Under the pieces are notes generated by a model. The model saw only the letters and a list, made by a program, of their open reading frames with translations, had not been told where the DNA came from and ran no database searches. Position numbers and translations under genes: made by a program. This document shows, piece by piece, positions 20,659-29,131 of a stretch of 64,000 bases of DNA. This DNA comes from an uncultured delta proteobacterium (GTDB taxonomy: Bacteria; Desulfobacterota; BSN033; UBA1163). Positions within the stretch are counted from its first letter, which is position 1, and every line of letters begins with the position of its first letter. Where the stretch lies: positions 64,001 to 128,000 of the forward strand of contig CAWHBU010000002.1 of assembly GCA_963827685.1 (NCBI GenBank). Direction: 5' to 3'.

Positions 20659-20690
20659 CTGACCGGGTGTGGCCAGTAATTCTGGTTAAA
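20659..20690 (+). promoter_or_regulatory. Element box copy 3 (CTGACCGGGTGTGGCCAGTAATT)
   Basis: Upstream of xis/int; inverted on the chromosome relative to copy 1. Confidence 0.6.
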
Positions 20691-20735
20691 GGGACCTTTT
20701 CCCGATTACAGAATCAAGTTCTTAGGGAGAGATGG

Positions 20736-21125
20736 ATGGAGAGACTTTATGACGTTGACAAAGCTTTTCAATATGGGATAATGACCCCCGAGGAGGTTGC
20801 TCAGTATCTGCACAAAAGTTTGAGTTGGGTCTATAAAAACTGGCAGCTGCTGGGCGCTAGGAAGCTCAAGGGGTCTTTATTTTTCCCAAACAAGGAGGAC
20901 CTCTATGAGCATTTATTCAATACAAAGGAAGGGGTGGAGGTACGATTTCACCCACCATGGAGCCAGGTACACAAACGCCTGGTTCAAAACAAAAGCAGAG
21001 GCCAAAATGGCCGAGGCAAAAAGAAAGGAGGAAATTCTAAACCCGAAGCAGGAGAAGGAGACCCCAACCGTCATGGGATTCTTGGATCTGGTCAACAGAC
21101 GGCTGGATCACGTGAAGGCATATAA
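20736..21125 (+). CDS. Excisionase-like HTH protein overlapping the integrase 5' end
   Basis: MTPEEVAQYLHKSLSWVYKNW..GARKLKGSLFF (Xis/HTH_17 pattern); AGGGAG before ATG 20736. Confidence 0.7.
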   Translation: MERLYDVDKAFQYGIMTPEEVAQYLHKSLSWVYKNWQLLGARKLKGSLFFPNKEDLYEHLFNTKEGVEVRFHPPWSQVHKRLVQNKSRGQNGRGKKKGGNSKPEAGEGDPNRHGILGSGQQTAGSREGI

Positions 21126-21775
21126 CTCAGCATCTCACTACAAGGATCATGTGTATATGGCGAAGAGATGGGTAAGGGTAAAAGCATTGTTATTCTCAGG
21201 CTATCTTATGGGGTCTGACAAATAAGAATCCCTGTAGAGGGGTCAAGATGCTCAAGGAAACCCCAAGGGACAGGTGGTTAACTTATGCTGAAGAAGATTT
21301 GATTGTGTCCCAATCCCCTGAGTGGTTAAAGCCAATTATCCTTGTAGACATTAATACGGGGTTAAGGCTGTCAGAAATATTAAGTCTGACGTGGGATGAT
21401 ATTGACTTGGATAGGAAGGTGTTGACAGTCCATAAGTCTAAGAATGGAGAAGCAAGGGTTATCCCTCTGAACTCCCAAACTTTTGAAGTATTTAATTCTC
21501 TGAAGTCCGGTTCAAGCGGGAAGGTATTTGACCGGGGACCGTCTTATGTGAGCCACACATTCAGAAAGGTTTGTAAGAGGGTAGGGCTATTGGATGTAGT
21601 CTTTCACACTTTGAGACATACCTTTGCTACTCGGTTATCCCAACTCAATGTCAATGTGTTTGCTATTCAAAGACTGATGGGGCATAAGACGATTGCTATG
21701 ACGAGTAGGTATTCACATCATTCAGTGGACTCCCTGAAACCTTGTGTTGAACAACTGATTAATGTCAGTATGTGA
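20905..21775 (+). pseudogene. Tyrosine integrase, internally deleted or chimeric
   Basis: Arm-binding N-terminus (GWRYDF..RYT..FKTKAEA). A different frame opens at 21182 (KHCYSQAILWGLTNKNPCRGVK) into a catalytic domain with TGLR, KSKNG, HTLRH, MGH and RYSH. Confidence 0.8.
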
Positions 21776-21783
21776 AGAATAAA

Positions 21784-21858
21784 TGGAGCCCACGGACGGA
21801 TTTGAACCGCCAACCCGCTGATTACAAATCAGCAGCTCTACCATTGAGCTACGTGGGC
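21784..21858 (-). tRNA. tRNA-Thr(UGU)
   Basis: GCCCACGTAGCTCAATGGTAGAGC-TGCTGATTTGTAATCAG-CGGGTTGGCGGTTCAAATCCGTCCGTGGGCTCCA; cloverleaf with encoded CCA. Confidence 0.97.
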
Positions 21859-21945
21859 TCATGATTAAAATATCACATTTCTTTGGGAGGATCAAACCTC
21901 CCCGCCGTTCTTTTTAAATCCCTCTTTGATCAAATTAGAGGAAAG

Positions 21946-22035
21946 CTATTTCCATCCTATGAGCAGAGCGGCGATGGTCCATCCGAAGAGGATAACCAAA
22001 AAGATAATGAACTGTTTGACCAATTTGGGGTCCAT
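21946..22035 (-). CDS. 29-aa single-pass membrane peptide (MDPKLVKQFIIFLVILFGWTIAALLIGWK)
   Basis: AAGGAGGA RBS and one clean hydrophobic helix; not in the ORF track. Confidence 0.55.
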   Translation of the reverse strand: MDPKLVKQFIIFLVILFGWTIAALLIGWK

Positions 22036-22180
22036 AGGTCCTCCTTGTTTTCTCAACAACAGGATGGATTGTATTTTTTAGAAAAATAGTATATTGAGAT
22101 ATAGACAGATGCCATTATGAAGAATTTTTAAAATTATTTCAAGAAAGAAAAGTGGGTAAGTAGAAGAAAGGAGAGACAAG

Positions 22181-22480
22181 ATGGGTTTAGGATTGGCTCT
22201 GATCGCGTTGGGTATGCTGATCCTCTTAGATCGAATGGGTGCGGGATACGGGTTGAAGGAGGGATGGCCGTGGGTTGTCGTTGCCCTTGGACTCGGAGGC
22301 ATTTTCCGCAATAGAAAAAGCCTCGCTGCATGGGTCACGATGATCATTGGGATTTTCATCCTGGGAGCGAAGTATTACTCTCTCCATTTTTCAGTCCCAG
22401 GAGTGATCCGAACCTATTTTCTACCAGTCCTTCTCATCGTGATCGGACTCCTTTGGCTCTGGAAATATCAAAAAGATTGA
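22181..22480 (+). CDS. LiaF-like four-TM membrane protein
   Basis: GLALIALG..LLL, WPWVVVALG, PVLLIVIGL; AAAGGAG RBS. Confidence 0.7.
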   Translation: MGLGLALIALGMLILLDRMGAGYGLKEGWPWVVVALGLGGIFRNRKSLAAWVTMIIGIFILGAKYYSLHFSVPGVIRTYFLPVLLIVIGLLWLWKYQKD

Positions 22481-22486
22481 TTCGTT

Positions 22487-22620
22487 GATTGCGGAATTCG
22501 GATTTCGGAATTTCAATCTAAGATCACAGATCCAACATCGACAGGGGAATAGCGCAGTCTTCCCAGAGAGTAAGAGTCCCGAATCAAAAATTCCGGAATC
22601 CGCATTTCCCACTCCCCACT
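22487..22620. repeat. 7-bp-periodic inverted repeat tracts
   Basis: GATTGCG GAATTCG GATTTCG ... AATCTAA GATCACA GATCCAA; later TCCGGAA TCCGCAT TTCCCAC TCCCCAC. Confidence 0.6.
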
Positions 22621-22624
22621 TAGT

Positions 22625-22972
22625 TCACCGGGCCGGAATGAGACCAGCGACAACCAGCAGGGTTAAGATTTCTTCTCCAGTATTGGTCAGTTCATGAAAG
22701 TGACCCGTGGGGATATGGACTGCATCCCCTGGTTCCACCTCACAGACCTCATCCCCTACCTGCATGCGCCCCCGACCGCTCTGAATGTAGTAAACCTCTT
22801 CCATGGGATCCACATGGCCAATGAGTTTTTTGCCAGGGGTAACCGAGGCATGGGCAAGAAACATCAGGGTTTGAAGATGACGAGTGTCTAGAATCATGTG
22901 AGCCACGCCACCGCCGTGGGCCTGGTAGCGGGTGGCTTTCACTTCGGGGTGCTCCAAGTTGCGACGTATCAT
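22625..22972 (-). CDS. Cupin-domain protein
   Basis: HVDPMEEVYYIQSGRG, PGDAVHIPTGHFHELTNTG. Confidence 0.85.
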   Translation of the reverse strand: MIRRNLEHPEVKATRYQAHGGGVAHMILDTRHLQTLMFLAHASVTPGKKLIGHVDPMEEVYYIQSGRGRMQVGDEVCEVEPGDAVHIPTGHFHELTNTGEEILTLLVVAGLIPAR

Positions 22973-23045
22973 CGGTTTATCCTTTCTTTCACCTCATCTT
23001 TCAGATGATTTCGAAAAGTTTTGGAATAGCGAGGAGATACGGGTA

Positions 23046-23185
23046 CCCAAATCCCGATTTAGAAAAGGGAAGCCCTTTCTCAATCCGTCATTGCGAGCAC
23101 CTAAAAGGTGCGTGGCAATCTCATCGCGAAAAGCGAGATTGCTTCGCTTCGCTCGCAAAGACCGTATCCTAAATCGGGATTTGGG
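23046..23185. repeat. Nested palindromic element
   Basis: Perfect 17-bp outer IR CCCAAATCCCGATTTAG / CTAAATCGGGATTTGGG enclosing GTCATTGCGAG...GCAATCTC...GAGATTGC...CTCGCAAAGAC. Confidence 0.8.
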
Positions 23186-23194
23186 GAGTAACCT

Positions 23195-24169
23195 TTACTT
23201 CTCCTTCATGGCATTTAATCTTTGAAGGATGGATTGAGCCTCCTGGATCATGTCTTCGATGACCTTTTTCACACTCTTTATTTCGTGAATCAATCCCACA
23301 CATTGACCGCAGCCGATGAGAGATCCATCCACATCACCTTCTTGATAAGCATTCCGACTCATCCCACCCCCCATGACAGCCATAAGCTCTTCCAGGGTCG
23401 CTCCTCTTTGCTCCAATGAAAGTGTTTTTTCAGCTGCCTTATTTTTGACCACTCTTGCTGCATTCTTAATCGAACGGTGGATGATGACGGTATCGGTCTC
23501 CCTTGCCTTGACAAACCATTCTTTGATCCGTGGATGCGCAGGACATTCTTGAGTTGCCACAAACCGCGTTCCCATCACTATCCCTTCAGCCCCCAACGCG
23601 AGGGCGGCCAAAAAACCTCTGCCGTCTGCAATGCCACCGCCTGCAATGATGGGGATCTTGATTGACTCGGCTGCCTTAGGAATGAGGACCAAAGAAGTGA
23701 CATCATCCATGCCGGGGCGGCCTCCACATTCGAATCCAACTACCGTCACAGCGTCTGCCCCAATCGATTCAGCTTTCTGAGCAAACCGAACGGAGGGAAC
23801 TTTGTGGATGAGTTTAATCCCCTCGCTTTTTAATTTTTGGATGAAGGATTCAGGGCTTCTTCCCGAGGTTTCTACCACCGGAACCTTTTCCTCTAAGATG
23901 ACCTGGAGCATTTGTATCGCTCTATCGCCCTTTGCCAATTCCGGGAGCATAGAGAGGTTTACGCCAAAGGGTTTTTGGGTCTTCTCCTTCGTCCGGCGAA
24001 TCTCTTTTCTGAAACTTTCCTGATCCGGAAAGGAGAGGCTAGAAATGATTCCCAGGCCTCCTGCCTCTGATACGGCTGAGGCAAGCTGGGCCGTGGCAAG
24101 CCACTGAAGTCCACCTTGGACGATCGGATATTTGATACCAAGCATTTGAGTCAGTCGTGTCACGAACAT
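23195..24169 (-). CDS. Nitronate monooxygenase / FabK-like FMN enzyme
   Basis: YPIVQGG, SEAGGLG, PFGVN, GFECGG, GGIADGRG, MGTRF. Confidence 0.88.
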   Translation of the reverse strand: MFVTRLTQMLGIKYPIVQGGLQWLATAQLASAVSEAGGLGIISSLSFPDQESFRKEIRRTKEKTQKPFGVNLSMLPELAKGDRAIQMLQVILEEKVPVVETSGRSPESFIQKLKSEGIKLIHKVPSVRFAQKAESIGADAVTVVGFECGGRPGMDDVTSLVLIPKAAESIKIPIIAGGGIADGRGFLAALALGAEGIVMGTRFVATQECPAHPRIKEWFVKARETDTVIIHRSIKNAARVVKNKAAEKTLSLEQRGATLEELMAVMGGGMSRNAYQEGDVDGSLIGCGQCVGLIHEIKSVKKVIEDMIQEAQSILQRLNAMKEK

Positions 24170-24495
24170 GGCATTCTCCTTTCATTTGAAAGCAGAAAGT
24201 GGATAATCGTCAGTTGGAATTATCCCGGATTTGGAATGATTTTGCAATGTTATGTTAACCCCGTTTTCACTCATCCCTCCCTCTCCTCCATCCTTTCTTG
24301 CAGGGCTCCCGGCCAATGAAGCGTTGGACTGACCGGGTGGAAATGGCCTCGTTTGGATTCTATATAGGTATTGCCTGTCAATTTGATGAGAATCAACTAC
24401 TGCCCATTCGTTTTCGCAAATAATTCTTGTAGTTTAATGTTGAATATGCTAACTATTTTCAAAAGCCTATTGATTTCAAATAAGGAGGTGGGGAA

Positions 24496-25638
24496 ATGGC
24501 TTCCTATAAAGTAATCTTTCTAGGTCTCTCGGTGATCGGCCTCGAAGAGGAGACTCGTTTGCTCGAAGGCCTTCAGAGAAAATTTAATCTTACTCCTGAC
24601 AAAGCTGAGAGCATGCTTCACAGGGTTCCCATTGTGGTGAAAAAAGGCCTTTCGAAAGAGGAAGCGGGGAGGTACATGAAAGCCTTTGAAGAAATTGGGG
24701 GAAAAGTGAAGGTAGAACAAGAAGAGGAGGAGCCAATTCCCATTCTGGATATTACTCGGGATTTTGAATATGAAGCTAAATCTCAACCTGAACATGGACT
24801 TCCATCCGGCCCCAAGCCTGAGCCGAAGCCTCCCTTTACCTATAGACCTGAACCTGAAAAGAAGGCTTTTATGAAGGGAATGGTGACTTGTCCCCAATGT
24901 GGATTTGAACAACCCGAAACCGATGAGTGCATCAAATGCGGCATCATCATTTCTAAATATGTCAAATATCAGGAGATGGCCCGTTCGTACGAGGGGCAGG
25001 TTCATGAAATTTCGTCAGAAGAGTATACCCCATGGGAGAGTGGGGAAGGATTCATTCCGGCTTTTTTAAGAACAACGCAAGAGGTCCTTTTCTCACCGAC
25101 AAGATTCTTTAAAAAGGTTGCTGCGGGTCAGGGATATTGGTCTCCCTTTATCTTTGGCATGATTTCGGGGATCATAGGGTGCGGAGCCGTCCTGCTTTGG
25201 CAATGGCTTTTCTTTTCTGGAATGGTCCCACCTCAAATCCGTTCAATAACCACCTACAGCCTCTTCCTTATCTTCGCTATTATTTTAATACCTTTCGGGG
25301 TTGCCTTCTCTATTGTAATAGGAAGTGGAGTGATACATCTCTGTGTTATGATTGTAGGAGGAAACCGAAAAGGGTTTGAAGCGACCTTTCGCGCCATCTC
25401 CTATTCCCAGAGCTCCTTACTCTTTTACATCGTTCCAGTGATAGGGAGCATAGTTGGAGGCATTTATTATCTCATTCTGATCATTCTTGGAGTGAGGGAA
25501 GGACATGGGATCTCGACAGGAAAGGCAGTTTTAGCCGCTCTCCTTCCTCTCATTGTTGCCGTTGTTGGCATCCTCCTTGCTATCTTGATCCCGCTTTTCA
25601 TGGTATTGTCGGGGTCCCACTCCGGAGTGGGAGCGTAA
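24496..25638 (+). CDS. YIP1-family membrane protein with Zn ribbon
   Basis: CPQCG...CIKCG, PWE, FSPTRFF and a five-TM C-terminal region. Confidence 0.75.
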   Translation: MASYKVIFLGLSVIGLEEETRLLEGLQRKFNLTPDKAESMLHRVPIVVKKGLSKEEAGRYMKAFEEIGGKVKVEQEEEEPIPILDITRDFEYEAKSQPEHGLPSGPKPEPKPPFTYRPEPEKKAFMKGMVTCPQCGFEQPETDECIKCGIIISKYVKYQEMARSYEGQVHEISSEEYTPWESGEGFIPAFLRTTQEVLFSPTRFFKKVAAGQGYWSPFIFGMISGIIGCGAVLLWQWLFFSGMVPPQIRSITTYSLFLIFAIILIPFGVAFSIVIGSGVIHLCVMIVGGNRKGFEATFRAISYSQSSLLFYIVPVIGSIVGGIYYLILIILGVREGHGISTGKAVLAALLPLIVAVVGILLAILIPLFMVLSGSHSGVGA

Positions 25639-25666
25639 ATCCAAGGGAAAAAGGTTTTTGCTTTTC

Positions 25667-25700
25667 ACAAAAAGGGGTCATTAAGTACCCCTTTTTTTGT
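25667..25700. terminator. Intrinsic terminator
   Basis: AAAAAGGGGT-loop-ACCCCTTTTTTT after the YIP1 gene. Confidence 0.7.
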
Positions 25701-25756
25701 CAAGATATTTCGGAGTATAAGACCAGGAACTGTCAGCTGTCTGCTTTAGGAGACCC

Positions 25757-27937
25757 ATGGGTAAGAAACGAAAGAGATATTTAGGAGAGAAGAGGGTAAA
25801 CCAACATGAGAAAGACATCGATCTCTCAGCGTCGCAGATTCTCCAGTTGATGGCAGAAGAAGATCGACCGCTTCTCTTGAGAGAGATTCTTCGTCGCTTA
25901 GGTCTTCGAAAGGAGCAGCGACAGAGGGCGAGGGAATTTCTCAGAAATTTGACGGAGGGGGGAAAGGTCGTTCGGATTCGAGGGAACCGTTACGGCCTTC
26001 CTTCGAAGATGAATCTGATCGTAGGCAGGGTCAAGACGCATCCAGAGGGATATGGATTCGTTATTCCTGAAGCAGAAGGAGAAGAAGATATTTTCATAGG
26101 TCCCAGAAATCTCAAAGAGGCAATGCACGGGGATCGTGTTGTCGCAAGAATTGAGTCAATCCGAAGGAAGGGAAAAGAGGGCAGTGTCATCCGGATTCTG
26201 GAAAGAAAGACGCGCAAAGTCGTGGGTAAGTTTATGAAAGCCAAAAATTATTCCTACGTCACCCCGGAGGACGAACGAATCCTCCAAGAAGTCTTCATTC
26301 CAGAAGGGGAAACGAAGAGGGCGAGACCTAATCAGATTGTGGTGGCAGAGATCACCCAGTACCCAGCGGGAAGGGCGAGGCCGGAGGGGAGAATCACTCA
26401 CATTTTGGGATATCCTGATGATCCGGAGATTGAACCCCAGATCATCATTCACAAATACGATCTTCCTCATCGATTTACATCCGCTGCCTTAAAGGAGGCA
26501 CAGAACCTACCTCCCACGCCCTCTTCTCATGAATACAAGGATCGAGTTGACTTGAGAGGGATTCCCACCTTCACCATCGATGGAGAAAATGCAAGAGATT
26601 TCGACAATGCCGTCTCGATTGAAAGAGAAAAGGACGGAGGCGTGAAACTCTATGTTTCCATCTCCGATGTCAGTCACTATGTCAAAGAAGAGACAGCTCT
26701 GGACAACGAAGCCTATTCCCGGGGTACCAGCGTCTATTTCCCAGACCGCGCGATTCCCATGTTTCCGACAGAACTTTCCAATGAAATCTGTTGTCTCCAT
26801 CCCAGAGTGGATCGGCTGACCCTCACGGCCGAGTTGAGATATGACGGAAATGGGGAGAGAAAGGGCGTTCGATTCTATCCCAGTGTGATCCGAAGCGACG
26901 AAAGGCTAACCTACACCCTGGTTAGAAAAATCTTGGTGGACGAAGAGGCAGAGTTAAAACGGAAATTTAAACATCTTCTCCCATCTTTAGAACTGATGGC
27001 CGATCTCTGCCAAGAGCTTCGCCGAGGAAGAACGGAAAGAGGAGCCATTGATTTTGATCTTCCGGAACCCGAGGTGATTCTCAATCTCCAAGGGGAGACC
27101 GAGGACGTCATTCGTGCAGAAAGGAACCTAGCCCATCAGATTATTGAAGAATTTATGATCGCCGCCAATGAGGCGGTCGCTCATTTTATGGAAGAAAAAA
27201 GGTTTCCATTCATCTATCGAATCCACGAACCTCCGAAAAAGGACGCGATCGATGAGTTCAGAAGATTTATTTCGAATTTAGGATATAAGATGAGAAAGGA
27301 GTCAGACCATTCGCCGAAGGAATTTCAGAGAGTCCTTTCTGATGTCAAGGGAAGGCCTGAAGAAAGGGTGGTAAACGAAATTCTCCTGCGATCGATGAAG
27401 TGGGCCAAATATTCAGCCAAAAACTTAGGACACTTCGGCCTGGCCTCAGATGGCTATACCCATTTTACTTCTCCCATCAGAAGGTATCCTGATTTGATTG
27501 TCCACCGGCTTTTAAAACAGGTTTTGTCTGAAAAGGAGGTTAAGATCTCGGATGAGGTCTTAGCGAAAAAGGCCGACCACCTTTCCGACAGGGAAAGGGT
27601 GGCCATGGAGGCCGAAAGGGAGATTCTGAACCGATATAGGGTTCGTTTCATGAGGGATAAGATTGGTGAGGAATTTGAAGGGATCATCAGTGGCGTGGCG
27701 GCTTTTGGTTTCTTTGTAGAACTGAAAGATATTTTTGTAGAAGGTCTGGTGAGGGTGACAAGCTTACACGACGATTACTATCAGTATCATGAGAAAAAAT
27801 ACTGTCTTGTGGGTGAGAGGACTCACAAGACCTTCAGGCTTGGCGATGAGGTCAAGGTGAGAGTGGATCGGGTGGATGTGGAAAGAAGACATATTGATTT
27901 TGGACCGATTGAAAAGATAGATAGGGTGAGAGGGTGA
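25757..27937 (+). CDS. rnr: Ribonuclease R
   Basis: Cold-shock domains, TIDGENARDFD, RGTSVYFP, HFTSPIRRYPDL and a C-terminal S1 domain. Confidence 0.95.
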   Translation: MGKKRKRYLGEKRVNQHEKDIDLSASQILQLMAEEDRPLLLREILRRLGLRKEQRQRAREFLRNLTEGGKVVRIRGNRYGLPSKMNLIVGRVKTHPEGYGFVIPEAEGEEDIFIGPRNLKEAMHGDRVVARIESIRRKGKEGSVIRILERKTRKVVGKFMKAKNYSYVTPEDERILQEVFIPEGETKRARPNQIVVAEITQYPAGRARPEGRITHILGYPDDPEIEPQIIIHKYDLPHRFTSAALKEAQNLPPTPSSHEYKDRVDLRGIPTFTIDGENARDFDNAVSIEREKDGGVKLYVSISDVSHYVKEETALDNEAYSRGTSVYFPDRAIPMFPTELSNEICCLHPRVDRLTLTAELRYDGNGERKGVRFYPSVIRSDERLTYTLVRKILVDEEAELKRKFKHLLPSLELMADLCQELRRGRTERGAIDFDLPEPEVILNLQGETEDVIRAERNLAHQIIEEFMIAANEAVAHFMEEKRFPFIYRIHEPPKKDAIDEFRRFISNLGYKMRKESDHSPKEFQRVLSDVKGRPEERVVNEILLRSMKWAKYSAKNLGHFGLASDGYTHFTSPIRRYPDLIVHRLLKQVLSEKEVKISDEVLAKKADHLSDRERVAMEAEREILNRYRVRFMRDKIGEEFEGIISGVAAFGFFVELKDIFVEGLVRVTSLHDDYYQYHEKKYCLVGERTHKTFRLGDEVKVRVDRVDVERRHIDFGPIEKIDRVRG

Positions 27938-27990
27938 CACGGAGATAAGATTAAAAGATTCTCCTCATCTCTTTGTCTTCTTATCTATCA
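27916..27990. repeat. 8-bp-periodic inverted tract containing the rnr and mutY stops
   Basis: GATAGGGT GAGAGGGT GACACGGA GATAAGAT ... CTCCTCAT CTCTTTGT CTTCTTAT. Confidence 0.45.
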
Positions 27991-29128
27991 TTTGGGCGAT
28001 GCGGCGGTGGATTCGCGACATAGGAAGGAGGCGAAGTTTTCGGATGGGGACCCATTTCCCTTTTCTATTTCCGCCGACGGCGCGGCAATGATAAACATAA
28101 AGAGTAAGTTTGAAGTGAGAGTAAGTTTGCTTAAAAGTACCTATGGATTCTTCCACTTCGACATTTGTTCCCATTTCTTTCTTGATGCAGTTTCTCAGCC
28201 TCAACCTCAGCCTTAACCTTTTTTCTTCTTCGATCCTCCAATTCGGAAACTCCCATAATCCCCCTAAAAGGCCCACAGGCGGTCTCTGATTAAGGAGAAC
28301 TTTTCCATCCTTCTTGATCACGGCTGAGACTGCCTCCCTATGGGGAATCGCTTTTTTCAGTCCCTTTGATGGATATCTCTCAGGTTCTCCTGAGGCCCTT
28401 CCTTTGCAAAAATGACGGAGGGGGCAACGATCACACTCTGGTTCTTTGGACGTGCAGAGCATGGAGCCAAGGTCCATGAGCGCTTGGTTAAAAGGATTTG
28501 AAAATCTTTTTGGAATCAGAGATTGTGAGATTTCCCAGAGAAGCTGTTCCGTTTTTCTTTCTCCCGGGCTTTCTGAAACAGCGAAAAGCCTGGAGAATAC
28601 TCGTTTGGCATTTCCATCGAGGATGGGCGCTTCTTTACGAAAGGCGAAGGAGAGGATAGCACCTGCGGTGGATCGGCCGATTCCAGGTAAACTGAGAAGA
28701 TCTCTAAGGGTGTCAGGGATTCTTCCATGAAAATGGTTCAAAACGATTTGAGAGGCCCGGTGAAGATTTCGTGCCCTCGAGTAGTATCCCAGACCCTCCC
28801 AGACCTTTAGAACTTTTGAGAGATTAGCTTTTGCCAGATGCTTGATGGTTGGAAAAGATTTTAGGAATTTGTGGTAGTAGGGGATCACCGTGGCGACCTG
28901 GGTTTGCTGAAGCATGATCTCCGAAACCCAGATAGCATAAGGGTCTTTGGTCTTCCTCCAAGGGAGATCTCTTCCTTTCTTCTTAAACCATTGAAGCAGT
29001 TTTTTCTGGATTTTATTCTTCTGTGGAATAGCAAGAGTAGCGTTGGCATTTACTGCCGACGGCACTTGTGTTTTTATTCGCCCCCAATCAATGGGGGTGC
29101 TACGTTTTTGTGTAATGCGTTCAATCAT
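27965..29128 (-). CDS. mutY: A/G-specific adenine glycosylase
   Basis: RDLPWR, SEIMLQQTQV, GLGYYSRARNL, LPGIG, DGN, C-x6-C-x2-C-x5-C, GGLWEFP. Confidence 0.95.
   Translation of the reverse strand: MIERITQKRSTPIDWGRIKTQVPSAVNANATLAIPQKNKIQKKLLQWFKKKGRDLPWRKTKDPYAIWVSEIMLQQTQVATVIPYYHKFLKSFPTIKHLAKANLSKVLKVWEGLGYYSRARNLHRASQIVLNHFHGRIPDTLRDLLSLPGIGRSTAGAILSFAFRKEAPILDGNAKRVFSRLFAVSESPGERKTEQLLWEISQSLIPKRFSNPFNQALMDLGSMLCTSKEPECDRCPLRHFCKGRASGEPERYPSKGLKKAIPHREAVSAVIKKDGKVLLNQRPPVGLLGGLWEFPNWRIEEEKRLRLRLRLRNCIKKEMGTNVEVEESIGTFKQTYSHFKLTLYVYHCRAVGGNRKGKWVPIRKLRLLPMSRIHRRIAQMIDKKTKR
29037..29103. repeat. GTAG-type REP doublet (REPIN-like) in the mutY 5' region
   Basis: GTAG-CGTTGGCA..TGCCGACG ... 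CGCCCCCA..TGGGGGTG-CTAC; related copy at 63467-63512. Confidence 0.7.
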
Positions 29129-29131
29129 TGG

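Larger units (their letters stand above)
11454..21783. mobile_element. Core of an integrative element at the tRNA-Thr 3' end; cargo probably continues to or past base 1
   Basis: Integrase abuts the tRNA 3' end; Xis-like, primase-helicase, Rep and iterons are present. No second att copy was seen in the window. Confidence 0.8.

Noticed and set aside
1-21783. Prophage, or a second att site within the window
   Set aside because: No terminase, capsid or tail genes, and no duplicate of the tRNA-Thr 3' end found by eye; the left boundary is unresolved.
22485-23225. Short ORFs such as 22485-22697 and 22932-23225 (also 54198-54523, 57679-58050, 59009-59218)
   Set aside because: They are readings of repeat tracts or antisense frames with low-complexity translations.
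24327-24339. GACTGACCGGGTG matching part of the island box
   Set aside because: Only 13 bp, lacks the CAGTAATT half and lies outside the island; may be chance.
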